A DNA stretch of 64,000 bases from Bdellovibrionales bacterium (GCA_965205945.1 CBDBIB010000001.1:160001-224000); one strand, 5' to 3'. Shown: positions 9,894-20,552, counted from the stretch's first letter. Notes: generated by a model from the letters alone, not told the origin. A program made the numbers and translations.

Positions 9894-11396
9894 ATGAACA
9901 AAATACACACTCAACAAGCCACCACATCCTCAAAAAACCCCTTATATACAGAGAAAATTTCTAAACTTAAAAAACTACGAGAATTAGGAATTAACCCTTA
10001 TCCTCATAATTTTGACAAACAGGATTCTTTAATCGATCAGCATACACGTATTAAATCCATTAAACCTGGCGAAAAAACAAAGATCTGTGTTAAAGTTGCA
10101 GGTCGGTTAATGACTAAACGCCTTATGGGTAAGGCCGCTTTTTTTAACATTCAAGATCAAGATGGAAATATGCAAGTTTATGTTAAAACAGCAGAACTTT
10201 CAAAAAAGGCAGCTCAAGCATTTTCTTTAGTTGACATTGGTGACATTGTTGGTGTTTCAGGAATTTTATTTAAAACACAAAAAGGCGAACCTTCAATCTA
10301 TGCAAAAGATTTTAAAATTCTTTGTAAAGCCTTAGAACTGTTCCCAGAAAAGCATCATAGTTTAACAGATAAAGAACTCAGATACCGCTATAGACACTTA
10401 GACCTTATTATGAATCCTAAGACTCGCAAAATATTTAAAATACGTTCAAAGGTGATCTCAAGTATTAGAAACTATTTAGATTCTAAAGGCTTTCTGGAAG
10501 TAGAAACTCCAACCCTACAGCCAATTTATGGTGGAGCTAGAGCATACCCTTTCTCAACCCATCATAAAGTTTTAGATATGAAGCTTTTTTTAAAAATCAG
10601 CCCTGAGCTTTACCTAAAAAGACTTATAGTTGGTGGGTTTGAAAAAGTCTATGAAATTGGAAAAAACTTTAGAAATGAAGGCGTGGACAAAACTCATAAC
10701 CCAGAATTTACAATGCTTGAATACTATGAGGCCTATACAGACTATGAATATCAAATGAAACAATTTGAAGATATTGTTTCTTATTGCGCAAAAAAAGTTA
10801 CTGGAAGCATGGTTGTTGAATACGACAACAAGAAGCTAGATCTTTCACCTCCATGGAATAGATTGACTGTTTATGATGGAATTAAAAATTATGCTAATGG
10901 ACTAGATGTTCAAACAAAATCACCCCTTGAGCTTTTAAATTTCGTTAAAAAAATCAATCCAAAATATTCGGGAGCTAAAACCCATGGTCATCTTACTATG
11001 GAGCTTTTTGACTACTATGTAGAACCTCATATTTGGGAACCTACTTTCATTACAGATTATCCAAAAGAAATTTCACCCTTAACAAAGACTCACAAATCAA
11101 ACTCTAAGTTAGTTGAACGTTTTGAGCCTATTTGTGCTGGTATGGAGATTGGAAACGCCTACACTGAGCTTAATGACCCCATTGACCAAAGAAAACGTTT
11201 AACAGCTCAAGAAGCTTTGCGTATGATTGATGAAGAAGCTCAACCTATGGATAATGACTTCTTGCATGCAATTGATGTAGGAATGCCTCCAACAGGCGGT
11301 GTAGGAATAGGCATTGAACGTATTGTTATGCTTATTACAGGACAAAGCAGTATTCGTGATATCTTACTCTTTCCCACAATGAAACCGAAAAACTAG
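9894..11396 (+). CDS. lysS: Lysine--tRNA ligase (class II)
   Basis: OB-fold N-terminus, YRYRHLDL, FRNEG..THNPEFTMLE, GMPPTGGVGIGIER. Confidence 0.97.
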   Translation: MNKIHTQQATTSSKNPLYTEKISKLKKLRELGINPYPHNFDKQDSLIDQHTRIKSIKPGEKTKICVKVAGRLMTKRLMGKAAFFNIQDQDGNMQVYVKTAELSKKAAQAFSLVDIGDIVGVSGILFKTQKGEPSIYAKDFKILCKALELFPEKHHSLTDKELRYRYRHLDLIMNPKTRKIFKIRSKVISSIRNYLDSKGFLEVETPTLQPIYGGARAYPFSTHHKVLDMKLFLKISPELYLKRLIVGGFEKVYEIGKNFRNEGVDKTHNPEFTMLEYYEAYTDYEYQMKQFEDIVSYCAKKVTGSMVVEYDNKKLDLSPPWNRLTVYDGIKNYANGLDVQTKSPLELLNFVKKINPKYSGAKTHGHLTMELFDYYVEPHIWEPTFITDYPKEISPLTKTHKSNSKLVERFEPICAGMEIGNAYTELNDPIDQRKRLTAQEALRMIDEEAQPMDNDFLHAIDVGMPPTGGVGIGIERIVMLITGQSSIRDILLFPTMKPKN

Positions 11397-11402
11397 TCTC
11401 TA

Positions 11403-13532
11403 ATGAAATGGCTTCCCTCAACAGAGCTACAATTTTTAAAGGGCGTGGGACCAAAATACGCTGAGTTCTTAAAAAAAAAAGGACTCTATACTTTTAAAGA
11501 CCTTGTAGAGTTTTACCCAAGAGTTTACCAAAATCTTTCATACAATAAAAAAATCAATGACCTTATTGAGGGTGAAGTAACTTCTTTAAAAGTACGTGTA
11601 ATCAGGGTAAGAACACAAAATATTTCAAGAGTTAAGAAAATAACCATACTCATGCTCACTGATGGAAAGGATATTCTTGAAGCCAAGTACTTTAAAATAC
11701 CTTATCGTGGCTACTTTAATCAGTTTGAACCTGGAGCAGTTGTTCAAATCTCGGGTAAAGTTAAAGTTTATAAAAATAAATTTGAAATCATACACCCAGA
11801 TATAAGCTTTATTAAAGAAGATAGCACTGATGCAATCAACCCTGCTTTAACACCTAAAACAGGAGTTCTTCCTGTTTACTCAGAAAGCGACGGCCTTAGT
11901 CAAAAAAAAATTCAAACTTTAATTACTAATATATTTAAAAATCTTAATGATGAATTCAAGACTAGTGGAAATGTTTTAAATCCTTGGACTTATCCGCTTA
12001 TCCCAAAAGAAATTCAAGAAAAATATAAACTTTTAGATAGATGGTCCGCTATTATAAAGCTCCACTTTCCTCCTAAAGATTCTGATATTAAGACTTATAC
12101 TGACGGCAGAACTAGAGCCCATCTGACTTTAATTTTTGAAGAATTTTTTATACTAGAGCTTCTAACAGCTTTAAGAAAAGCTCACTATGTTAAAGCAAGC
12201 CTTAAACCTTACCCTAAGACTCAAATATATTTAGATGAATTCTTAAAAACACTTGCTTTCCCCCTCACAAATGACCAGCTTAAATCTTTAAAAGATATCA
12301 CTAACGATTTTAAAAAAGATCATCCTATGCATAGACTTGTCCAAGGTGATGTAGGTTCAGGCAAAACACTTGTGGCTCTCGCTAGTGCTTACATCTCTAT
12401 TAAAAATAAAAAGCAAGTCGCTATAATGGTTCCTACAGAAATATTAGCCCAGCAACACTTAGCAAACGTAAAAAAACACTTAGGGCCTCTTGGTGTAAAA
12501 TCAGCATGCATCACAAGAAAATTAAAAGAATCGCAAAGACAAGACATCGAGGAGAGCCTAACCTCAGGTAAAATCAACCTTATTATTGGAACACACGCAC
12601 TTTTTGAAGATCGTGTTCAATTTAAAAACTTATCATTTGTAATTATTGATGAACAGCACCGCTTTGGTGTTCACCAAAGACAAAAGCTTAAGAATAAGGG
12701 CCGTCATCCTCATTTTCTAGTGATGACAGCTACTCCTATTCCAAGAACCCTTGCCATGACAGTTTATGGTGATTTAGATGTGAGTCTTATTAAAGAAATG
12801 CCTCCAGGAAGAAACCCTGTAAAGACTAAAAAATTCTTTCAAAAAGAACGACTAAATGCCTTAATAACTGTCATGAAAGAAGTTAAAAAAGGACGACAAG
12901 CTTATTTTATTTTTCCATTAGTTTCCGAAAGTGAAACGCTTGATTTAAAATCAGCAGAATTTGAATTTAAAGAGCTTTCAAAATATTTTAACGCCCACAC
13001 CATTGAACTCTTACATGGCCGCATGAAACCCCAAGAAAAAGAGCAGATCATGCAAAATTTTAGAGACAAAAAAACACAAATATTAGTATCAACAACAGTT
13101 ATTGAGGTTGGTGTTGATGTTGCGAACGCAACTGTTATAGTTATTGAAAACTGTGAACGCTTTGGCTTATCTCAACTTCACCAACTCCGTGGTCGTGTTG
13201 GTCGAGGCAACTATAATAGCCAGTGTTTTTTAATACTTGGAAATAAATTTTCACAAGAAAGTCTCCTTAGGGCAAAAGTCTTAGAAAAAACTACAAACGG
13301 CTTTACCATTGCTGAAGAAGATCTAAAACTTAGGGGTCCTGGTGAGATTTTAGGTGCTCGTCAATCAGGTCTTCCCACATTTAAACTTGCTGATCTTTTA
13401 AAACATCAAAGGGTTTTAATTGAGGCTAGAAGCGCTGCTTTTAAATGGGCCTTAAATCCTAAAAGCCAAGAACACATTAAAGAAATACAAAGACTTTTTG
13501 CCAACAAACTTGAACTCATTAATATTTCTTAA
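11403..13532 (+). CDS. recG: ATP-dependent DNA helicase RecG
   Basis: LKGVGP, QGDVGSGKT, DEQHRFGV, TATPIPRT, QLHQLRGRVGRG. Confidence 0.97.
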   Translation: MKWLPSTELQFLKGVGPKYAEFLKKKGLYTFKDLVEFYPRVYQNLSYNKKINDLIEGEVTSLKVRVIRVRTQNISRVKKITILMLTDGKDILEAKYFKIPYRGYFNQFEPGAVVQISGKVKVYKNKFEIIHPDISFIKEDSTDAINPALTPKTGVLPVYSESDGLSQKKIQTLITNIFKNLNDEFKTSGNVLNPWTYPLIPKEIQEKYKLLDRWSAIIKLHFPPKDSDIKTYTDGRTRAHLTLIFEEFFILELLTALRKAHYVKASLKPYPKTQIYLDEFLKTLAFPLTNDQLKSLKDITNDFKKDHPMHRLVQGDVGSGKTLVALASAYISIKNKKQVAIMVPTEILAQQHLANVKKHLGPLGVKSACITRKLKESQRQDIEESLTSGKINLIIGTHALFEDRVQFKNLSFVIIDEQHRFGVHQRQKLKNKGRHPHFLVMTATPIPRTLAMTVYGDLDVSLIKEMPPGRNPVKTKKFFQKERLNALITVMKEVKKGRQAYFIFPLVSESETLDLKSAEFEFKELSKYFNAHTIELLHGRMKPQEKEQIMQNFRDKKTQILVSTTVIEVGVDVANATVIVIENCERFGLSQLHQLRGRVGRGNYNSQCFLILGNKFSQESLLRAKVLEKTTNGFTIAEEDLKLRGPGEILGARQSGLPTFKLADLLKHQRVLIEARSAAFKWALNPKSQEHIKEIQRLFANKLELINIS

Positions 13533-13988
13533 AAAAAAGCTATAATATAAATAGCTTAAACTTTAAAAGTTTCACTTAAAATCTAGAAAATAAAGTAAAT
13601 AAAAAAAATTCTTAACTGTGCATTTAAACCCCAATGACTCTAAGCTTTAAAGAAACTGATTACTCAAAAAAATACAGAAGAAAGACTAAACTCAACCTTT
13701 CCACTTAAGCTTTTACAAATAATTATATATAGACTTTATTACATATTAAGATATTATTTACTATGGCCTTACTTTTTATACGATGAAAAAGCACTTAAGA
13801 TACTTGTTTTAAACTCGGTCAATTATAAAAAATATGCTTAAAAAGCCTCTCCAGCTCAAAATTCTATCTTTTTTGTCAAGAATCCATTAGGATTTTATTT
13901 GTATTTAAACAAGAAACGCTCTGGACTTGTCATATAAACAAAGATCTTATTAAAATAAAAAAACATTAATATTTCATGGGAGTAAAAA

Positions 13989-14639
13989 ATGAAAACAATT
14001 TACTTATTAATATTAACACTATTTACAGCCTCATCTTTTGCAAAAATGTCTTCAGACAGTCAATCATGGAATTCTTTAAACTTTAAAACAAAAATCCAAA
14101 ACCTACGCCTAGCCGTGCAAACAGAGGCACGGTATTCTAAAGAAAGTACAGAGATTTTTGAAGAACATATAAAACCCTACTTAGGCTATAAAACTAATTT
14201 TGGCGAATTTGGAGTTGTTTTTTCTTATTTAACTAATAACTCTTTTTCTAATGAATTTGAAAAACGATACGCTTTTCAATATGGCCTTAAGATTATTCAA
14301 AACTACTATATAAATTACAGCATCAGATATCGCTATGAATTCCGTGATTTTAAAGATCAGTCTAGAATTGCACAAAGAACTCGCCTTAGAAATCAAGTAA
14401 AACTAACTTCTCTAAAAACTTACAAATGGACTCCTTTTGTAAGTAGTGAATTAAATTTCTACCTTAATAACACCGACAAAGGACCTAATGGATTTTCATC
14501 TCACCGAACTCTTATAGGCATTACAAGAAAATTTAAAAAAATTAATTTGTCAGTAAATTATATAAATAATTACAAAGTTAAAAATAACAATTCAAATATG
14601 AGACAAGCTTTAGGGCTTGGAATAGATTTTAATATATAG
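13989..14639 (+). CDS. DUF2490-like outer-membrane beta-barrel protein
   Basis: Signal peptide (SSFA), R.RYEFR...R.RLR pattern, aromatic-ended final strand. Confidence 0.65.
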   Translation: MKTIYLLILTLFTASSFAKMSSDSQSWNSLNFKTKIQNLRLAVQTEARYSKESTEIFEEHIKPYLGYKTNFGEFGVVFSYLTNNSFSNEFEKRYAFQYGLKIIQNYYINYSIRYRYEFRDFKDQSRIAQRTRLRNQVKLTSLKTYKWTPFVSSELNFYLNNTDKGPNGFSSHRTLIGITRKFKKINLSVNYINNYKVKNNNSNMRQALGLGIDFNI

Positions 14640-14647
14640 CCCCCCTA

Positions 14648-15871
14648 TTAACCTAAGAGTTTTGCTTTAATAGTAGACTCTTTCTTTCTTAACTTATCTA
14701 TTAATTTAGAATTAATACTTTTATCTGCTTTAAAATCTAGTATCAAATACCCTATGTTACCTTTTGTCGCTAAACTTTGATATATGATGTTCACCCCTAA
14801 GTCATAAATTAAAGAGTTTACTTCTCCTAAAATTCCTGGCTGATTTTCATGAATATGAACAAGTCTTATAGCTCCCTTTTGAATACGTGGAGCTCTAATT
14901 TTTGGAAAATTCACAGCTGACATAGTATCCCCTAAGGTGAAATATTTTTGAAGACTCAAGCTCACTTCTTTACCAATAGCTTTTTGAGCCTCCTCTGTTG
15001 ACCCCCCTATGTGAGGAGTTAAAATTACATTCTTAAGACTTAATAACTCTGATTTAAAATCCCCACCATTTTTTCTTGGCTCTTTTGGATAAACATCAAT
15101 TGCAGCACCCGCTAGATGCTTTTGTTTTAATGATGCTGATAAGTCCTTAATATTAACAACTGTTCCTCTACTTGCGTTAATAAGATAAGAACCTTTTTTC
15201 ATTTTAGAAAGCTCACAAGCACCAATCATATTTTTAGTTTGAGGTGTTTCTGGAACATGAAGAGTTACAAAATCTGACTTTAAAAGAAGACTATCTAAAG
15301 AACTTACTGAAGATATATTTCCTAAAGGAAGTTTTACAGATATATCATAAAATAAAACCTTCATGCCCAATGATTCAGCTAAGAGTCCAACCTGAGTTCC
15401 TATATGCCCATAGCCAATAATACCCAGTGTTTTCCCCCTAATTTCACAAGACCCTTGTGCTTTTTTCTCCCAGATACCTTGATGTAACAAAGTTGAAACA
15501 TGAAATAATTTTCTAGAAAGTGCTATAATTTCACAAAGAACAAGCTCAGCAACAGCTCTAGTATTGCCATAGGGAGCATTAAAAACCGGAATACCTTTTA
15601 AAGCACAAGCCCTTAAATCTATTTGATTTGTTCCTATACAAAAAGCTCCAACAGCCTCTAAATTTGAGGATTTTTTTATAACATCTTGTGTAATATGAGT
15701 TTTTGATCTGACCCCTACACCTAAAGCTCCCTGAAGTTTTAAAATTAAATCCTGCTCTAACAAAGCCTCTTTAAACTCATCAACTATAAAACCTTCTAAG
15801 GTTAAATACTCAGCCCCAGAACTATGGATTCCTTCTAATAATAATACTTTTTCCATAATGAATAACCTCAT
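14648..15871 (-). CDS. serA: D-3-phosphoglycerate dehydrogenase with ACT domain
   Basis: LLLEGIH, FCIGTNQ, GIIGYGHIG, NASRG, TPHIGGSTEEAQ; true start may be ATG 15856. Confidence 0.95.
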   Translation of the reverse strand: MRLFIMEKVLLLEGIHSSGAEYLTLEGFIVDEFKEALLEQDLILKLQGALGVGVRSKTHITQDVIKKSSNLEAVGAFCIGTNQIDLRACALKGIPVFNAPYGNTRAVAELVLCEIIALSRKLFHVSTLLHQGIWEKKAQGSCEIRGKTLGIIGYGHIGTQVGLLAESLGMKVLFYDISVKLPLGNISSVSSLDSLLLKSDFVTLHVPETPQTKNMIGACELSKMKKGSYLINASRGTVVNIKDLSASLKQKHLAGAAIDVYPKEPRKNGGDFKSELLSLKNVILTPHIGGSTEEAQKAIGKEVSLSLQKYFTLGDTMSAVNFPKIRAPRIQKGAIRLVHIHENQPGILGEVNSLIYDLGVNIIYQSLATKGNIGYLILDFKADKSINSKLIDKLRKKESTIKAKLLG

Positions 15872-16101
15872 TTAATAATTATAAAGGGACTTTGCCCCAT
15901 TGACTCATTTAAAACAATCAGAGATTTTTTCATAAATTCTTATTTTCTAATACCTTTTATAATAACAAAAGATTATCACTGCAATTATGAGCGTGATCCT
16001 AATTGTGACTATTTGATCTATGATGGTTTCTGGAATTTTTTTTAAAAAAAATCCTAATTGAGAAATAACTGCTACTAGACACTACCACCTAAAAAAATCA
16101 A

Positions 16102-16270
16102 CTAATATAAATAAACAGCACCTGATTGAATTATTATCCCCCTCACCAAACAACATCTATTACACTACTGCCCTTACCATTTTGCCCCACAACCAAAGTG
16201 TTGCCATCACCACTTAAACTAAGGCTATAACCAAACCACTCCTCCTCATGGGTATTAGTGACTTTAATGT
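16102..16270 (-). pseudogene. Decayed fragment homologous to the last FG-GAP repeat and stop codon of the 6473..8248 gene
   Basis: ctaatataaataaacagcacctga...tgccccacaaccaaagtgttgccatcaccacttaaactaaggctataaccaaac...gtattagtgactttaatgt aligns with 6473-6648, with indels. Confidence 0.85.
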
Positions 16271-16623
16271 TTGCTTAAGGTCACACAAAGATGTGAGTGT
16301 CTTTAAAAAAAATTAAATCCCTACAATAACCCCTCTAAATTTTAAAAAATAAGCTAAAAGCGCCTTAGCATAAGCAAAAGTATAGCTTTATTATTTAATA
16401 AAGTTCTTTTCCATAAGAGTGTTTAAATTATAATTATATTCTTACTGACTTTAGCTGCTTAAGCTGGCATCAACTTTTTTAGGAAAGAGTATATGTACTG
16501 GTTAAAAATTACACGATTTTATAAAGTTTTCATTGTATGCTCATAATTGTTACTATTAGCGTGCTATTTTTTGCTGGATATTGTAACAGTAGTTCTAACG
16601 TAATTAAAAGCTAGGAGTTAAAA

Positions 16624-17808
16624 ATGAGTAAATATGTTGTTTCATTTATTATAAGTACAATCTTAGTGTTCTTTAATGCACATGCAGATAGTTTAAGCGA
16701 GCTTAAAGGACTCGAAAGTGTGGGAAGTGGATCAAGCGAAAACTCTCCATCTCAGGTTGTGATTTTAAATCATACCCCAAGTCAAAACCAAGCTCAGAAA
16801 ACTAAATCTTTAAATTCTTCAAAACAAAGGTATAAAGCTAGATCTGGTTGGGGAAACGGTGAATCTTTAGAGGCCTTAAGAGAAAGCCGTATAGATGACG
16901 AAGCTAATAATGAGCAAATTTTAATGGAAAAACTTGAAACTTCTAGAATTAAAGACGAGAAATCACGACTAAGAAGACTTTTTAAAGTAAGAAAGTATAA
17001 CAAAAGAAAGTATGAAGAAATAAACGAGGATGAAGATTATGACTCAGAATCAGAAATTGATTTTTTAGAATCGGACTATGAATCTACAACAAGATACCCT
17101 CTACCTCAAAGAAATAGAAAAGTTGTAAAAGTGATCAATACTCCAATTATGGCAAGTGCAACAACTATAACTCCAGACACTCCAGACACTCCAGTATTAC
17201 AAAGCACATCAAAAACATTTGTATCTAACGATTATTCTTTAAGACCTTACTATATAAAAGGTCAATTTGGCATGGGTAAATACTTTGCAGCAAACAATAC
17301 TAAAACTCCAATAGGAAATTCTAGCTGGGGTTTTTCTGTTGGAAAACATATTGATAACAATTGGATTATTGAAATTGGTCTGTATAAAACTTCTTATGAA
17401 GTTAATGACCCAGGTGCATCTGTTATTCAAACTTATGATTTTAATAATCGCTATTCATACTCACAAACCAGAAGTCTTGGGCAGTATAACTTTTCAGGTC
17501 TGTTAGGTTTTAAACTTATCGACACTAATAATATTTTAGGAAGTTTAAGAGGTGGTCTTTCTTACGTAAAGAGAAATTCAGAGTCCTCAGATATTCCTGG
17601 AGCTCAAACTTTTAATTCCAATACAATTGACAGTTTATTAGGTGCGGGTATTGATGTTGGAGTTGCTGAAAATGTTATGCTTACAGCCTCTTTTGATTAT
17701 TATTCTAATTTGTTAAATGATATCGGAAGTACAAACTCACAAATAGTAAAAAGAGTTGAAACAGCTAATTACTATGTTGTCGGCCTGGGTCTTAAATTTA
17801 ACTTCTAG
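16624..17808 (+). CDS. Exported protein with N-terminal coiled-coil/acidic region and C-terminal outer-membrane beta-barrel
   Basis: AGGAG RBS, signal peptide (AHA), C-terminal beta strands ending GLGLKFNF. Confidence 0.75.
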   Translation: MSKYVVSFIISTILVFFNAHADSLSELKGLESVGSGSSENSPSQVVILNHTPSQNQAQKTKSLNSSKQRYKARSGWGNGESLEALRESRIDDEANNEQILMEKLETSRIKDEKSRLRRLFKVRKYNKRKYEEINEDEDYDSESEIDFLESDYESTTRYPLPQRNRKVVKVINTPIMASATTITPDTPDTPVLQSTSKTFVSNDYSLRPYYIKGQFGMGKYFAANNTKTPIGNSSWGFSVGKHIDNNWIIEIGLYKTSYEVNDPGASVIQTYDFNNRYSYSQTRSLGQYNFSGLLGFKLIDTNNILGSLRGGLSYVKRNSESSDIPGAQTFNSNTIDSLLGAGIDVGVAENVMLTASFDYYSNLLNDIGSTNSQIVKRVETANYYVVGLGLKFNF

Positions 17809-18400
17809 TAGCCCCCATTATGCTGTATATGGAGTAATAACCTTAAGCCAATCATCTAAAAAAAACTTTAAATCAGAGACTATTTAACATAATAACGTCG
17901 CTTAAAACTGCTTTACCCACTCCTTATTACACTTGATTCAACTAAACCACCACCCCCCCGCCCCCCTCCAGTCCTTTCTATTGATTTAACCGCCGTCATG
18001 ATGTCTCAAAGTTATTTGATCGTGCACTCACTGCATGTTCATTGGCTAAACCTAACCCTATATATGCAACAACCGGATAAGCATGAAGATTTTCCTATTT
18101 CAAATAGCCTCATATTTCTAACCTCCGTGTTAAAAATATTAAATATGCCATCTTTATATTTTATACCAAATAGCCCTTAAACCCTTTAAATTCAAAGTGT
18201 GTCGGCCCTGCCTTTAATAGGGGCAAGAAACAACATGACGTTTCTCACCTACTCTCCACCGTGATAAAGAGACACAAGCAAGTCGTAAACTCCCAACAAA
18301 GACCCATTAAAGCTTTAAGCAGAAGCAAATATGCTACGATAACAAAAACCTTATCGCAGAGAAATGGCCTTAATCTTTCTTTAAAAAACATGTGGAGCAC

Positions 18401-18429
18401 TTGCTATAAGGTTAAAAATTTGATAGACA
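18401..18429 (+). promoter_or_regulatory. Putative sigma70 promoter of the rimP-nusA-infB operon
   Basis: TTGCTA-N17-TAGACA with an extended TG. Confidence 0.35.
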
Positions 18430-18456
18430 AACCAAGTAATTAAAGGATTTGACTTT

Positions 18457-18486
18457 AAGGGCAGCCTGCATGGGAGCCCTTTTTTT
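18457..18486 (+). terminator. rimP leader hairpin with U-tract (attenuator-like)
   Basis: AAGGGC-AG-CCT-GCAT-GGG-A-GCCCTT followed by a T run, 35 nt before the rimP start. Confidence 0.65.
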
Positions 18487-18520
18487 GTTCAAAATTAAAA
18501 TTTCTAAGGGATATACGAAT

Positions 18521-19009
18521 TTGAAGCAAGATGTAGAAAATAGGGTAAAAAGTTTAGCAACAGAGGTATGTGAACGAGAGGGATTTACTCTTTATGATGT
18601 TGAGTATTTAGAAAGTAAAAAAGTTATTACCATTTATATTGATAAAAAAGGTGGTGTAAATTTAGATGACTGTGAAAAAGTTTCTTTAGGAGTAAATTTT
18701 TTATTAGACGTTCAAGATCCTATTCAGAGTAAATACGATTTAAAGGTTTCTAGTCCAGGGTTAGAAAAAAAGCTTACGCAAAAATGGCATTATAAAAGCC
18801 AAATAGGCAAAGAAATTTCTATTATAATTAAGGCTCGCACAAGAACAGCTAAATTTTTAAAGATAAAGCTTTTAAAAGGTATTTTAAAAGAAGTTGGCAA
18901 GAATTCATTTAAAGTGGAGTCAAATAAAAATCTTGTTGAGTGCCCTTATGAAGATGTTCACAAATGTAATGCTGTTTTCAATTTTAATTTAAAATCGAAA
19001 ATGTTTTAA
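18521..19009 (+). CDS. rimP: Ribosome maturation factor RimP
   Basis: IYIDKKGGVNLDDCEKVS, Y.LKVSSPGL; first gene before nusA; TTG 18521 after AAGGG. Confidence 0.9.
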   Translation: MKQDVENRVKSLATEVCEREGFTLYDVEYLESKKVITIYIDKKGGVNLDDCEKVSLGVNFLLDVQDPIQSKYDLKVSSPGLEKKLTQKWHYKSQIGKEISIIIKARTRTAKFLKIKLLKGILKEVGKNSFKVESNKNLVECPYEDVHKCNAVFNFNLKSKMF

Positions 19010-19027
19010 AAAAGGAAGGATTAAGTT

Positions 19028-20485
19028 ATGGCTGCAGATAATGTTTTTTCAGATATAAGTAGAATCATAGATGCTTTAGGTAAGGATAAAGGTATTGATA
19101 AAAATGTGGTAATTAATGCTGTACAACAAGGCCTTCTTGCTGCAGCTAGAAAAAAATATGGTACTTATCGTGAAATTGAAGCTCAATATAATGAAAGTTC
19201 TGGTGAAGTAGAGCTGTATCAGTTTAAAGAAGTGGTAAAAGATGAAAGCTTTATCGATGATGAAGTTGAAATTAAAAAAACAGAAGCCTTACAGCTTGAC
19301 CCAGAGGTTCAACTTGGTGATGCCATCGGTATTAAGCTTGATATACGTGATCTAGGAAGAATCTCAGCGCAACTTGCAAGACAGATTATTACACAAAATG
19401 TACGAGATGCTGAAAGGGATATTATCTTTACAGAATTTGAACAAAGGCAAGGTGAAATAGCTTCAGGCATTGCAAGAAGAGTTGAAAGAGGGTCTATAGT
19501 TGTAGATTTAGGGAAAACAGAAGCATACATTCCATATAAAGAACAAATTCCAGGAGAAGTTTATAAGCCAGGAGATAGAATTCAAGGTTATATTTCTGAA
19601 GTAAGACAGACTACACGAGGCCCACAAATAGTTATGTCTAGAGCAAATTCTAAATATCTTATGAAGCTTTTTGAAAATGAAGTTCCAGAGATTGAAGACG
19701 GAATAATTGAATTAGTAACTGCAGCCCGTGAGCCAGGACAAAGAGCAAAAATGGCCGTTCGTGCTACAGACCCAACAGTAGATCCCGTAGGAGCTTGTGT
19801 TGGAGTAAAAGGAAGCAGAGTTCAAAATGTGGTTCAAGAACTTTCAGGTGAAAAAATTGATATTATTCCTTATGAAGAAGATGTTGCACTATTTGTTTGC
19901 AAGGCTTTACAACCAGCTGAAATTTCTAAAGTTTTTATGGATGAAGAAAACAATGAAATGGAGGTTGTAGTCCCTGATGATCAATTAAGTTTAGCAATTG
20001 GACGCAGAGGCCAAAATGTAAGACTTGCTTCAAAACTTACAAATTGGAAGTTAGACATTATATCTGAATCAGATGCTGGAGTTAGAACAACAGAGGCTAT
20101 TTTTAATCTTATGAAAATTAAAGGAATGTCTGAAACAATGGCACATTCTTTATTCCAATCAGGTTTTGGTTCATTAGAACTTCTTTCTCAATCGGCTCCT
20201 GAACATGTGATGCAAGTTCCAGGCTATGAAGAAAAAGAGCATGCAACAGAGCTTATTCGTAAAGCTAATACTGCCTATGAGCAATATAAAATTGATGAAA
20301 AAAATAAGCCCAAAGAAGTTGTAAGTAAACCTGATACGGCGGCTAAAGTACCTAATATAACTGGAAAAAATGCAAAATCATTAGCCGATGAAAGGTTAAA
20401 AGAACAACTTGCAGACTTAGATGTAAACGTAGAGGATAGTTTTATTAAAGTACAAACTGATGGGAAGAAAATTCCAGCAGATTAA
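19028..20485 (+). CDS. nusA: Transcription termination/antitermination factor NusA
   Basis: AREPGQRAK, DPVGACVGVKGSRV, QLSLAIGRRGQNVRLAS. Confidence 0.97.
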   Translation: MAADNVFSDISRIIDALGKDKGIDKNVVINAVQQGLLAAARKKYGTYREIEAQYNESSGEVELYQFKEVVKDESFIDDEVEIKKTEALQLDPEVQLGDAIGIKLDIRDLGRISAQLARQIITQNVRDAERDIIFTEFEQRQGEIASGIARRVERGSIVVDLGKTEAYIPYKEQIPGEVYKPGDRIQGYISEVRQTTRGPQIVMSRANSKYLMKLFENEVPEIEDGIIELVTAAREPGQRAKMAVRATDPTVDPVGACVGVKGSRVQNVVQELSGEKIDIIPYEEDVALFVCKALQPAEISKVFMDEENNEMEVVVPDDQLSLAIGRRGQNVRLASKLTNWKLDIISESDAGVRTTEAIFNLMKIKGMSETMAHSLFQSGFGSLELLSQSAPEHVMQVPGYEEKEHATELIRKANTAYEQYKIDEKNKPKEVVSKPDTAAKVPNITGKNAKSLADERLKEQLADLDVNVEDSFIKVQTDGKKIPAD

Positions 20486-20552
20486 TTATAAAGGGTTTTA
20501 ATAAAATTTTAAAAATAGTTTTTATATAAATAATAAGGAATGTTGATTAAGA

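Noticed and set aside
13634..13840. Possible decayed IS5-like transposase (MTLSFKETDYSKKYRRKT...; FPLKLL...LYDEKAL)
   Set aside because: The resemblance is faint, spans different frames and has no terminal repeats; it cannot be supported without a profile search
17882..17909. dif-like site (perfect XerD arm ATTTAACATAA)
   Set aside because: The partner arm lacks the inner TTAT needed for XerC, and an AT-rich 11-mer is plausible by chance in this window
17998..18443. Two 60-aa ORFs upstream of rimP
   Set aside because: No RBS or recognisable motif; the second overlaps the probable rimP promoter
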